DNA of 64,000 nucleotides, taken from NCBI GenBank assembly GCA_900320095.1, contig ONQZ01000005.1, positions 31 through 64,030 of the forward strand. Direction: 5' to 3'. The notes beneath the pieces are model-generated. The model ran no database searches. It was given only the letters and a program-made list of their open reading frames with translations, and had not been told where the DNA came from. Position 1 is the first letter of the stretch; every line of letters begins with the position of its first letter. This DNA comes from an uncultured Lentisphaerota bacterium (GTDB taxonomy: Bacteria; Verrucomicrobiota; Lentisphaeria; Victivallales; UBA1829). Made by a program: the position numbers and the translations under genes. Positions 50,094 through 59,011 of this stretch are shown here, piece after piece.

Positions 50094-50446
50094 CTCGTTT
50101 CGTTTCCGCCTCCGCGGCGTCCTTCAATCTCATTTCCGCGTTCGATGCGAAAGCTCAACAAGAGGCCTTCGCCCGGCTTGATACCGCCGGGCGGAGAGTT
50201 CCTGTTGTGTTTTCGCATTTTCTTTTAACCTCTACTTATAATAACATCATCAAGAAAGGAGTCGCAAGGAATCATTCCCTTTCCGCCGGCGGGTCGTCCC
50301 GCCACCTCTCCCACAACCTCAACCAAGGAGGCAAAAACTCTCACTTCGCACGCGGGGTATACACCCCTTCTTTCTTGAAATTCGAACCAATCAATTCTTT
50401 TTCTTATAACCAGCCGTAACCATTCGGCAAAACAAAGGAAAAAACA

Positions 50447-53400
50447 ATGTCTGAATTTACTAAAGACACTTATCTCCTGCAGGAATCCTTCACCGAACCG
50501 ACTATTGATGTACTGATAGATGAAGGTTACAAAGCATACGATCGTTTCGCGGAAGCCTATCTCAACTACAAAAATGAAACGACAAAGCCGGGAACCTTCA
50601 ATGTTTATGGCGGAAGCTATTCCATGAAGAACTCGGAAGTCCCCGTTGAGATCGGGGCGACGAATATGACCATTTCCAGCGCGCTGTACGAAGGCGGGTT
50701 TGTGGAAGCGAACACGAAGTTCGAACTCACGGCCACGAATTTCATCAATAATGGCACGATCAGTATTATTGACGAGTCGGAAGATACTTATTCCGTCACA
50801 TTTAAGAGCAGCAATGCAGAGTTCGTGAACAATAGCAGCGTGACCGTCAGCAACGCCATTTTTGATGTTGCAACCGTTTCGAACGCTGCCAATGCCACGT
50901 TCGCTCTGACCAATGGCGCCGTGTTCACCGCCGCAAGCGTCACCAACAGCGGTTCCTTCTCTCTGGACAATGCCGCGTTCACCGCCACGACCGTCAACAA
51001 CAACGCCGGTGCCACCTTCAATCTGACGAATGATGCTTCTATTGAACTCGCCGCCGTTACCAACGACGGTACCTTCAATATTGTCAAAGGCAATGTCGCT
51101 GGAAAATTCAGCGGTACTGGCACCATTGAGATCAACACCAATACTCTTGAGGCCAATACTATCGATATTTCCGGTACCGGTACCGTCAACCTGAAAGGTA
51201 TCGCCAGCTCCAAGTATGTTAAGCTCGGAAGTGCAAAAATCGAAGCTGCGACTATTTCCTCCACCAAGCGTGTCGATCTGGATGGTGCTACGCTGAAAGC
51301 CACTACGGCCACTCTTGCCGATATGAGACTTTCCGGAACCAATACTTTTGATTTTGGAAGCCTCACCGCCGGTACGCTCTACATGATGGCAAACAGTCAG
51401 ATCAAGGGTTCTAATATTGGTTCCGAGTCCGGCACGAAAGCTACGATCCAGTCCTGGTCTTCGAATCCTACGGTTTCCATCTCTGGCGAGAACGACCTTT
51501 ATGCGACCATTACGAACAAAGGCACTCTCAACATTGCTGCTGCGGGAAAAATCTATACGGCTTCGATCGTGAACTCCGGTGCAGACTCCAAGATCATCAG
51601 CGACGGTGCGAACGTTGTCCTCGGTTCTGAGGAGAAGAGGGTCAGCCTTTCGAACACCAAAGGCCTTATCGGTCTGGAACACAACGCAACCGTCGTTGCG
51701 TCCTCCATCTCCGGCGACAGCGGCGCCACGTACGAGATCACTGATTCCTCTGTCACTGCGGAATCCCTTTCTCTTACCTCTTCCTGCGCATTTGTCGTCG
51801 AAGGCGTAAGCTCTCTGAATATTGGCACTGTCTCCAGCAACAGCACGATCACACTTCAGAAAGCCACCATCTCTGCTTCCTCCATCAGCGGCGGCAAGGT
51901 CAGCATCCCCAAGCAATATGATACCGGAAACGGAACTCCCGAAGAGCCGGCAATGGCTGACAACACCGTTACGTTCAGCGGCGATAACAGCATCCTCTCC
52001 ACCATCACCAACAACGGCGCGATCATCGTCAACGACACGCTGACTGCCGGTGCTGTCACCAACAACGGCGCGATCACCGTCAACGGCACGCTGACTGCCG
52101 GTGCTGTCACCAACAACAGCGGCAGCTCCCTCACGCTCGCCAAAAACGCTACCCTGAATGCTTCTTCTCTGACGGTCGATGGCGGCTCCCTCTCCCTGGG
52201 AGTGGGCAGCACCGTGGATCTCGGCGAAGAAGGCGATCTCATCAGCAGCGTTGGCCTCACCATCACGTCTGCAACTGTGATTGCCGACGAGATCAAGGCA
52301 GAAGGGAAAGCCCTTTCTTTCGTTACGTCCAATATCACGGCTAATACGATTACCGCCAACACTGCTGAGGTTCGTGGCAATGCGACCATGGATGTCGGTA
52401 CCATCGGCGATACAGTTATGACGATCAAGAGCATTAATGTAGACAAACGCACGACGATCACGGACAGCTCGATCGGTACTGGTTCTGTCAACACTCTGCT
52501 CAATGTTGATTTCGTTGGAACGAACACCTTCGATGCTATCACCAACGGAGGCAAAGTTACTGTTTCCGGTTCCCTGACCGCGACCAGCATCACCAATGGC
52601 GAAAACGCTACCTTCACCGTTTCCGCCGCCGGCACTCAGCTGAACACCAAGTTCACCGGCACAATCACGTTCGCCGACGGCGCTACCCTCGGCAAATCCT
52701 CCTTCGGTGCGGACAGCGTCATCACCGCCACTAACTTCGCGATTGCGGATGAAGCCGCAGTTACTCTCACGGTTGGCGAAGCCACGAAGCTTAACGCCAA
52801 CATCTCCTCCGGCACGATCAACCTTGTTTCCGGTTTTGACGCTGAAACGGCGCCCGAATGGGACCTCTACCAGCTCATTAATGGTACGATTGGTGATGAT
52901 GTCACGTTTACGGTTGACGGAGTGCAAGCGGGATCCATCAAGCTCGGAGACGAGACCTATGGCCTTATCAAGCTTGATACCGGTCTTTGGCTTACGAAAG
53001 GCCAGGACAACGAGAAGCTTTACATCAATGCCGCTTATGCTGGTTTAACCCCTGGTGCGAAAACTGATGATGGTCACATCTACGGCTACAACGCGTTCAG
53101 CAGCCTGAGAGATCCTGCCCTGTCCTACAACGCCACAGGCGTTGGTCAGGATATCAAAGATGCCGCTAAGAACGCGAAGAATCTCGTCCTCACCGGTTCG
53201 ATCACTGACGGCAGAACCCTGTTCTACACGGATCAGCCCACTGTTACCATCACCACCACCGGCGAGAACGGCGCTTCCTTCACGGAACGCCTCTATCTGA
53301 TGCACGATATCATCTACAAGAAGGAAGGTGACTCCTTCGTAGTCTACGACAAGGACGGCGAAACTCCGATCACTCAAGCCACGCTCCCCGAGTTCATTCT

Positions 53401-56400
53401 CGCTGAAGGCGCCAAGCTGAACGGTGGTTCCATGCTGAAAGTCGGCGAATCGCTGGATAAAGATGATTACAGTGAAGAAACGGGCTTCACGCGTACCGCA
53501 GGCGCGGTCAAACTGACTGTCAACGGCGACATCAAGTCCTTCATTCAGGTCAATCCCTATTCGTCCGTGAAGGTTTCCAAGACCGGTTCCGTGATCAGCG
53601 AGTCTAACGGCACCGGCGTGACCGAGAATGAAGATCGGCAGAGCACCTACATCCGCGTGAACGGCAGCCTGACTGTCAACGGCGATCCTGATGCTGAACT
53701 CAAAGTGCTCCAGTTTAAGATGCAGCGTCTCACCTTCACGGATGGCGGCACCCTGGCGCTGAACAACACGAATGCCCAGTTCAGCCGCATCCGTTTCTAT
53801 GATGAAGGCTTCACCATTCCGACCGGAAAGGCCACGATCACGGTGACGAACTCCATCGTGAACAACTTCGAGAACAATGCTCTCGACAACCTCGAAGGCG
53901 GCTATAACTTCTTCGTTTACGGTGCCTCTGAGACTGCGGCAGTTAAGAGCAAACAGACTGTCGAACTGACTCTCGACAACTCCGAGATGAAAGTCTCGGA
54001 TAAGGCCGTTTTCAATCCGAACGCCAACACCACGATCAACGTCAAGAACGCCTCTACTTTGACCGTTGGCAATGTCACGAACGACGGCGCGATCAATCTC
54101 GAGAATGGAGCCGAGCTCGACGTCAACGGCGCTGTTACCAACAATGCCACTGGCGTCATCAACGTCGGCAAGGCCGGTGACGAGGATGAATCCGAACTGT
54201 TCGCCAACAGCATCGAGAACGCCGGCACGATCACGGTTACCGACTCCACGCTGAATGCGACGGTAGTCAATACCAGTGCGGTTGGCGCAAAATTCACGGT
54301 TGGCGGCACCTCCACGCTGAATATTTCCGGAACCGGCAGCTCGCTCACCGGCACCATCACGCTGGCTGACGGCGCAAACGTCAAGGCGACCATCGCCAGG
54401 GGCGGCACGCTCAATGTTGCGGCTGACACTGCGGCAACTCTCGCTGAGGGTTCTTCTGTTGCTTCCTTGATCACGAACGCCGGTACGCTCACGCTCGATG
54501 GCGTTACGAAGACCGGAAGAATCACGAACAATGGTACGGTTAACGGCAGCGCGAGCACCGTCGGCGGTATCATCAACAATGTCGGAAGCGTCTCCCTCAC
54601 GGGCAAGAGCTTCAGCAGCGTCACGGTCAAAGACGGAACAGTGTCTCTGATCGCCGAAAGTGCTGATACCGGAATCGCGGTCGGTTCGATCACGAACGGC
54701 ACGAAGGGCACAACAAGGGCCGCCGCCATTGACGGAACCTTTGACGCCAATGGCAATGTGACGGGCTCCGGCGCGATCACGAACAACGCCGGCAGCATCA
54801 AAGTCACGGGCAACCTGACCCTGACCCCGAACAGTACGACTGGTGTTCGTCCCGCTATCACCAACGGCTCCATCTATACCTCTGGCAATATTGTTCAGGT
54901 TGGCGTCGGCAGCATTGAGGTCACCGGCGCGCTGACTGCCGGCGACTTCGTGAACAATGCCGGCGCCACGGCTCAGGTCAGCAGCGCCGAGCTCGTCAGC
55001 CTCACGAACAACGGTTCGTTCACCGCCACCAGCGCCGTGACTGCCGGCGCGATCACGAACGGCACCGCGGCAACGACGGATCCCGTCGCTGCTGCTGTGG
55101 AAGGTTCGTTCTCCGCTGCTGGTCTGACCGCTTCCGGCGACCTCGTGAACAACGCCGGTTCCGTCTCCGTCACCGGCAACGCTGTGTTCAAGAAGGACAC
55201 CACTCTGTTTGACATCACGAACTCCGCTTCCGGCCTCACCGGCATCGAGGAGTCTGTCGGCTTCAAGGTCACCGGCGCGCTGACTGCCGGCGACTTCGAA
55301 AACAAGGCCGGCGCCACGGCTCAGGTCGGCAGCGCCGAGCTCTCCAGCCTCACGAACAACGGTTCGTTCACCGCCACCGGCACCGTGACTACCACCGGTG
55401 AGATCGCCAACAGTGAATCTGGCGAAATCATTGTCTCCGGCAAGATCACCGGCGCATCCGTCGGCAACGTCGGCACGATCGAAGCCGGCAGCATTAAAAC
55501 CACCGGTGAATATGGCCTCGGAAACTCCGGCACGATCGGAAGCACCTCCGCGACGGCGATTGAGACCACCATTCTCTCCAACTCCGGCACGATCTATGCA
55601 AGCACTCTGAATGCCGCCAGCATCAACAACAGCTCCGCGACCGCTTCGATCACCGCCGTCAGCATTGAAGGTACTGGCACGGCCAGCCTCATTGAGAACG
55701 CCGGTTCGATCACCGCCACCAACGTGAGCGCTGCCACTGTTTCCACCAATGGCGCATCGTTCACGGTCGGCGGCGAATCCTCCGAGCTGAATATCAGCAA
55801 AAAGCTCACCGGCACCATCACGCTGGCTGACGGCGCAAACGTCACCGCAATGGTCAAGGGCGGCACGCTCGACGTCGAAAACGGTTCCACCGTTTCTCTT
55901 ACCGGCGCCGAAGGCAATACCGCCGCTGTCACGAACCTCGGCAATCTCACGATCGCCGGCGGCACGATCGGCGCTGTCACGAACAAACAGGTAGTTGTTG
56001 ATAAGGATACTGTCAAAGGCACGCTCACCGTCGAATCCGATAAAGCGATTCAGACGGGCGCCTTCACGAACAATGCCATTGTCAACGTCAACTCCGCGTT
56101 CACGGTCAAAGGCAACTTCAACAACCAGGCAGGTGCAACGATCACGATCGATGCCACCAAGTTCGATTTCACGGAATCCAATACCGTGTGTGCCATCGAG
56201 GTGACCGGAACCCTGACGAACGCCGGCGAGATCAGCGTCACCGGTGGTGCTCCGGGAGAATACGACCTCATCGTCAAGAACGACGGCACTGACAAGGGCG
56301 TGTATCTCTACAAGAATAGCGATCCGGATGATCCGGTCGACATGAGCTACCTGCTTGTGTACAGCGATCTTGCAAGCCAGTATAAACCCGGTGAACCGTT

Positions 56401-58780
56401 CCCGTTTGGCGGTCATGAATACGTGTATGCTCTGAGTGCTTTCGCCACTGCCACTGCGATGACGAAGATTGGGGAAGACACCGAAGAGATCGATTTCGTG
56501 ACGCAGAGCGGCACTTATGGCAACCTGAATCTGACCCTCTTTGCCGATCAGGAGATTAACGTCTACGTGGTCAACGGAACCGGCAAAAAGGTCTCCGCCG
56601 ATCTCAACTTCAACAACCTGAGCATTGCTGCGTCCGAGGCTGGGGAAGATGAAGACGTTGGGGCTATCACTTTCAACAATGACGTCGTGACCGGTGCCGA
56701 AGTTGCCAATACGACGGTCGCCATCTCCACCGCGACGGTCGACTTCCAGGGCGCCAACTTCTCCGCAAGCAAGAGCGTCACCATCAAGGATGATGCGCAC
56801 GTCACGTTCAGCGACGATTTCAGCGCTGCTGCTGCCACCATCACCGGTTCCGAGGTTGTGTTCGGCGGCAATGCCGCCTTCGCCGGCAATGCCGCCATCA
56901 CCGCCGGTTCCGAGGTTTACTTCCGTGATGAAGCGAACTTCGCCGGCACTGCGAACATCAGCGGTTCCACGGTTTACTTCCGTGATGAAGCGAACTTCGC
57001 CGGCAATGCGACCATCAGCGGTTCCACGGTTGCGTTCGGCGGCGCTGCCACATTCTCCAACGGAGAAACGGACGGTGCCGTGAATGCGACCATCAGCGGT
57101 TCCACGGTTGTGTTCGGCGGCGCTGCCACGGTTGAAGGCCTTCTCAAGCTCACCGGATCGGAAGTTACCGCAGAAGCTGAGATTACCGCCAGCTCCACCA
57201 ACCTGGATAAGAATTCTACGCTCAACCTCTCGACGGAAGACGCCAAGCTGGGCGACCTCACGACTGCAGCGGGCAGCAAGATCAACCTGACGTATCAATC
57301 CAAGCTGAGTTTCACAGCTACCGCCGTCCAGGGCAACTTTGACATTGATGTGACCGGCCTCACGAGCACGAAGAACACTGCTTCTGCGACGATCACGGGC
57401 ATTCCCTCTGTCACTAAGGTCTCCATCGTTGGAAACAACACCGAAAACAACGTTGCGAAATACTTCAATTACAACACTGAGAACAAAACCCTCACTCTGA
57501 TCAAAGAAGCCTGCAACGAGATCAAGGTCAACAGCAAGTCGTCCCTCGACAACGCTCTTAAGTATACTTGGGAAGGCGATGATGGCGAGACGTACTACGC
57601 CGACAATGTGATCGTTCAGGATGTGACCTATGCAGACGCTCTGTATTTCGTGAACGCTGCCAGAACGGCTCATGTCAATCAGTACATCACGATTGAGGGC
57701 GGCGAGTTCCAGAAGAGTGTGTTCGGCGGCAAAAAGCAGGAAACTGCGGGCACCGGCAGATTCGATGTCGTTGATCTCGGTGGGAATCTCAACCTCACGA
57801 TTGAAGACGGTCATTTTACAAGGACCGTCGTTGCCGGCGACAACATCAAGGTCAAAGGCCTGTTCTATCGTGAAGGCACGATCACCACGACCATCAGTGG
57901 CGGTACGTTCGACTACAACTTTGCCGGCGGTCTGCTTTACAACCTCACGGATGTTACTTCCCAGGCAATCGTCACGGGCACGAGCCTGACGATCAACAGC
58001 GAAACCGCCGATACAATCTTCAATGATACGGTTTACGGTGGTAACTTCTCGCAGAAGAAGGCCGGTTCCAACTGCACGTTCATTGACGAGAAAGCCATTG
58101 TCAGAATTGAGGCCGGTGAAGAGAATACGATCCAGATGAAAGCTCTGATCGTTGGTTCCTATGGCAACGGCGTCATCGAAAAAGGTACGGAACTTACCCT
58201 GACCGGTAACGGCGACAACCTCGAGATCGAGTCCGTCTGGGGCGGCTGCGGCAGTGATTACTACACGGAAGATGCAAAACGTGAGTATGTCACCACGATG
58301 GCTGCGAATGCGACGAGAACGCTGACGTTCGAAGGCTTCAAAAACACGTTCAACTGCACGTCGATCCGCGGCTTCTCCGATGTCATCGTCAAGTCCGAAA
58401 CGGAAGTTACGCTGATCAACACGGATAAGTACGGCCTGGCCGATGCCAGCAACTGGACGTTCGAATTCGGCAGCTCGCTGAACGGCGCGTTCGCGAACAA
58501 CTTCGCCGGCGACGATCTGACCCTGACCGGAATCGAAGCTATGAAGACGGTAGCTGAAGGTGGGGACCCCTGGGTCATCTGCGACAATATCAACTTCGAG
58601 ACATTCGCTTTCAAGGGTATCAAGAGCATCAACGGTGCTACCGGTGACGACCTCGTGTTTGCCGACAACGCCTACACGTTTGCTGCTGGTGACAACCAGT
58701 ACAAGCTCTCCTTCGGCGATTATAATGTGGGTGAGAGTGAGGAAACGAGCAGCGCCATGTACCTCACGCGTCTTGCCTAA
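50447..58780 (+). CDS. giant (2,777 aa) beta-helix-type repeat protein, adhesin/Pmp-like; no N-terminal signal peptide, no recognisable C-terminal barrel or sorting signal
   Basis: AAAGGAAAAAACA precedes the ATG. There are hundreds of 17-25 aa repeats of the type (T/S)xxNxGxhxh..., including GGA/FxxN-like units (FGGAATFSNG, FRDEANFAGNATI) reminiscent of chlamydial Pmp repeats. The acidic N-terminus MSEFTKDTYLLQESFTEPTIDVL has no hydrophobic h-region. Cys content is very low. Confidence 0.9.
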   Translation: MSEFTKDTYLLQESFTEPTIDVLIDEGYKAYDRFAEAYLNYKNETTKPGTFNVYGGSYSMKNSEVPVEIGATNMTISSALYEGGFVEANTKFELTATNFINNGTISIIDESEDTYSVTFKSSNAEFVNNSSVTVSNAIFDVATVSNAANATFALTNGAVFTAASVTNSGSFSLDNAAFTATTVNNNAGATFNLTNDASIELAAVTNDGTFNIVKGNVAGKFSGTGTIEINTNTLEANTIDISGTGTVNLKGIASSKYVKLGSAKIEAATISSTKRVDLDGATLKATTATLADMRLSGTNTFDFGSLTAGTLYMMANSQIKGSNIGSESGTKATIQSWSSNPTVSISGENDLYATITNKGTLNIAAAGKIYTASIVNSGADSKIISDGANVVLGSEEKRVSLSNTKGLIGLEHNATVVASSISGDSGATYEITDSSVTAESLSLTSSCAFVVEGVSSLNIGTVSSNSTITLQKATISASSISGGKVSIPKQYDTGNGTPEEPAMADNTVTFSGDNSILSTITNNGAIIVNDTLTAGAVTNNGAITVNGTLTAGAVTNNSGSSLTLAKNATLNASSLTVDGGSLSLGVGSTVDLGEEGDLISSVGLTITSATVIADEIKAEGKALSFVTSNITANTITANTAEVRGNATMDVGTIGDTVMTIKSINVDKRTTITDSSIGTGSVNTLLNVDFVGTNTFDAITNGGKVTVSGSLTATSITNGENATFTVSAAGTQLNTKFTGTITFADGATLGKSSFGADSVITATNFAIADEAAVTLTVGEATKLNANISSGTINLVSGFDAETAPEWDLYQLINGTIGDDVTFTVDGVQAGSIKLGDETYGLIKLDTGLWLTKGQDNEKLYINAAYAGLTPGAKTDDGHIYGYNAFSSLRDPALSYNATGVGQDIKDAAKNAKNLVLTGSITDGRTLFYTDQPTVTITTTGENGASFTERLYLMHDIIYKKEGDSFVVYDKDGETPITQATLPEFILAEGAKLNGGSMLKVGESLDKDDYSEETGFTRTAGAVKLTVNGDIKSFIQVNPYSSVKVSKTGSVISESNGTGVTENEDRQSTYIRVNGSLTVNGDPDAELKVLQFKMQRLTFTDGGTLALNNTNAQFSRIRFYDEGFTIPTGKATITVTNSIVNNFENNALDNLEGGYNFFVYGASETAAVKSKQTVELTLDNSEMKVSDKAVFNPNANTTINVKNASTLTVGNVTNDGAINLENGAELDVNGAVTNNATGVINVGKAGDEDESELFANSIENAGTITVTDSTLNATVVNTSAVGAKFTVGGTSTLNISGTGSSLTGTITLADGANVKATIARGGTLNVAADTAATLAEGSSVASLITNAGTLTLDGVTKTGRITNNGTVNGSASTVGGIINNVGSVSLTGKSFSSVTVKDGTVSLIAESADTGIAVGSITNGTKGTTRAAAIDGTFDANGNVTGSGAITNNAGSIKVTGNLTLTPNSTTGVRPAITNGSIYTSGNIVQVGVGSIEVTGALTAGDFVNNAGATAQVSSAELVSLTNNGSFTATSAVTAGAITNGTAATTDPVAAAVEGSFSAAGLTASGDLVNNAGSVSVTGNAVFKKDTTLFDITNSASGLTGIEESVGFKVTGALTAGDFENKAGATAQVGSAELSSLTNNGSFTATGTVTTTGEIANSESGEIIVSGKITGASVGNVGTIEAGSIKTTGEYGLGNSGTIGSTSATAIETTILSNSGTIYASTLNAASINNSSATASITAVSIEGTGTASLIENAGSITATNVSAATVSTNGASFTVGGESSELNISKKLTGTITLADGANVTAMVKGGTLDVENGSTVSLTGAEGNTAAVTNLGNLTIAGGTIGAVTNKQVVVDKDTVKGTLTVESDKAIQTGAFTNNAIVNVNSAFTVKGNFNNQAGATITIDATKFDFTESNTVCAIEVTGTLTNAGEISVTGGAPGEYDLIVKNDGTDKGVYLYKNSDPDDPVDMSYLLVYSDLASQYKPGEPFPFGGHEYVYALSAFATATAMTKIGEDTEEIDFVTQSGTYGNLNLTLFADQEINVYVVNGTGKKVSADLNFNNLSIAASEAGEDEDVGAITFNNDVVTGAEVANTTVAISTATVDFQGANFSASKSVTIKDDAHVTFSDDFSAAAATITGSEVVFGGNAAFAGNAAITAGSEVYFRDEANFAGTANISGSTVYFRDEANFAGNATISGSTVAFGGAATFSNGETDGAVNATISGSTVVFGGAATVEGLLKLTGSEVTAEAEITASSTNLDKNSTLNLSTEDAKLGDLTTAAGSKINLTYQSKLSFTATAVQGNFDIDVTGLTSTKNTASATITGIPSVTKVSIVGNNTENNVAKYFNYNTENKTLTLIKEACNEIKVNSKSSLDNALKYTWEGDDGETYYADNVIVQDVTYADALYFVNAARTAHVNQYITIEGGEFQKSVFGGKKQETAGTGRFDVVDLGGNLNLTIEDGHFTRTVVAGDNIKVKGLFYREGTITTTISGGTFDYNFAGGLLYNLTDVTSQAIVTGTSLTINSETADTIFNDTVYGGNFSQKKAGSNCTFIDEKAIVRIEAGEENTIQMKALIVGSYGNGVIEKGTELTLTGNGDNLEIESVWGGCGSDYYTEDAKREYVTTMAANATRTLTFEGFKNTFNCTSIRGFSDVIVKSETEVTLINTDKYGLADASNWTFEFGSSLNGAFANNFAGDDLTLTGIEAMKTVAEGGDPWVICDNINFETFAFKGIKSINGATGDDLVFADNAYTFAAGDNQYKLSFGDYNVGESEETSSAMYLTRLA
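52007..52108 (+). repeat. tandem 51-nt (17-aa) coding repeat, two near-identical copies
   Basis: ACCAACAACGGCGCGATCAtCGTCAACGaCACGCTGACTGCCGGTGCTGTC is repeated immediately with ~2-3 substitutions (TNNGAIIVNDTLTAGAV / TNNGAITVNGTLTAGAV). Confidence 0.9.
54918..55378 (+). repeat. 348-nt-period duplication inside the giant gene (~113-nt near-identical blocks at 54918-55030 and 55266-55378)
   Basis: AGGTCACCGGCGCGCTGACTGCCGGCGACTTCG...CTCACGAACAACGGTTCGTTCACCGCCACC occurs twice, 348 nt apart, with a handful of mismatches. Confidence 0.9.
56906..57019 (+). repeat. tandem 57-nt (19-aa) coding repeat, two near-identical copies plus degenerate copies to ~57130
   Basis: GSEVYFRDEANFAGTANIS / GSTVYFRDEANFAGNATIS, followed by GSTVAFGGAATFSNG... 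and GSTVVFGGAAT... Confidence 0.9.
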
Positions 58781-58822
58781 TCAACCAACAACAAACCTAA
58801 CAAGGAAAGGATAACACAACCT

Positions 58823-58969
58823 ATGAAACACATGCAAATCATTGCGCAGGAGCCCTACGAGGCTCCTGCGATCTCCGAAATCGCCCCGGTCACGCTGATT
58901 TACGGGTCTGCCGGGGGCGGTTCCGGAACTGGTGAATCTGATGATAACTCCGAAGGTATTGATGACTGA
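58823..58969 (+). CDS. candidate RiPP-type precursor peptide (48 aa): MKHMQIIAQEPYEAPAISEIAPVTLIYGSAGGGSGTGESDDNSEGIDD
   Basis: Not in the ORF track (under 60 aa). AAGGAAAGGA RBS lies ~12 nt upstream of the ATG. It lies 42 nt after the giant-gene stop and is immediately followed by a strong terminator, then by PqqD/kinase/GT/peptidase genes. The composition is bipartite: a hydrophobic/Pro N-half and a Gly/Ser/Thr then Asp/Glu C-half. Confidence 0.55.
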   Translation: MKHMQIIAQEPYEAPAISEIAPVTLIYGSAGGGSGTGESDDNSEGIDD

Positions 58970-59011
58970 TTCATTCATGCATATTTGCATGATCAGTTAA
59001 AATCAGAACTC

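Noticed and set aside
52007-57130. The regularly spaced near-identical DNA repeats as a possible CRISPR array.
   Set aside because: The repeats are contiguous in-frame coding units (51/57 nt) inside one ORF. There are no unique spacers and no cas genes.
53045-57814. 1,589-aa ORF on the minus strand antisense to the giant gene. The same applies to the 900-aa antisense ORF at 50225..52927 and several 100-320 aa ones.
   Set aside because: These are shadow ORFs. The sense frame has a strongly periodic repeat structure, an RBS and a coherent beta-helix sequence. The antisense translation is low-complexity (G/R/D/A-rich). It stays open only because the repetitive codon set (ACC, GGC, AAC, GCC...) lacks reverse-complement stops.
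50447-58780. Calling the giant protein a classical autotransporter or an RTX/T1SS adhesin.
   Set aside because: There is no signal peptide, no C-terminal amphipathic barrel ending in an aromatic residue, no GGxGxD nonapeptides, and no adjacent T1SS or TpsB genes in the window. It is left as 'unknown export route'.
58823-58969. Interpreting the 48-aa peptide as a lasso-peptide precursor, since kinase, PqqD and nucleotidyltransferase are classic phosphorylated-lasso accessories.
   Set aside because: No asparagine-synthetase-like cyclase or transglutaminase-like protease is in the locus. No plausible core has Gly/Ala/Ser/Cys at position 1 with Asp/Glu at positions 7-9 after a Thr-x leader end. 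For example, the core GSAGGGSGTGE would put the first acid at position 11.
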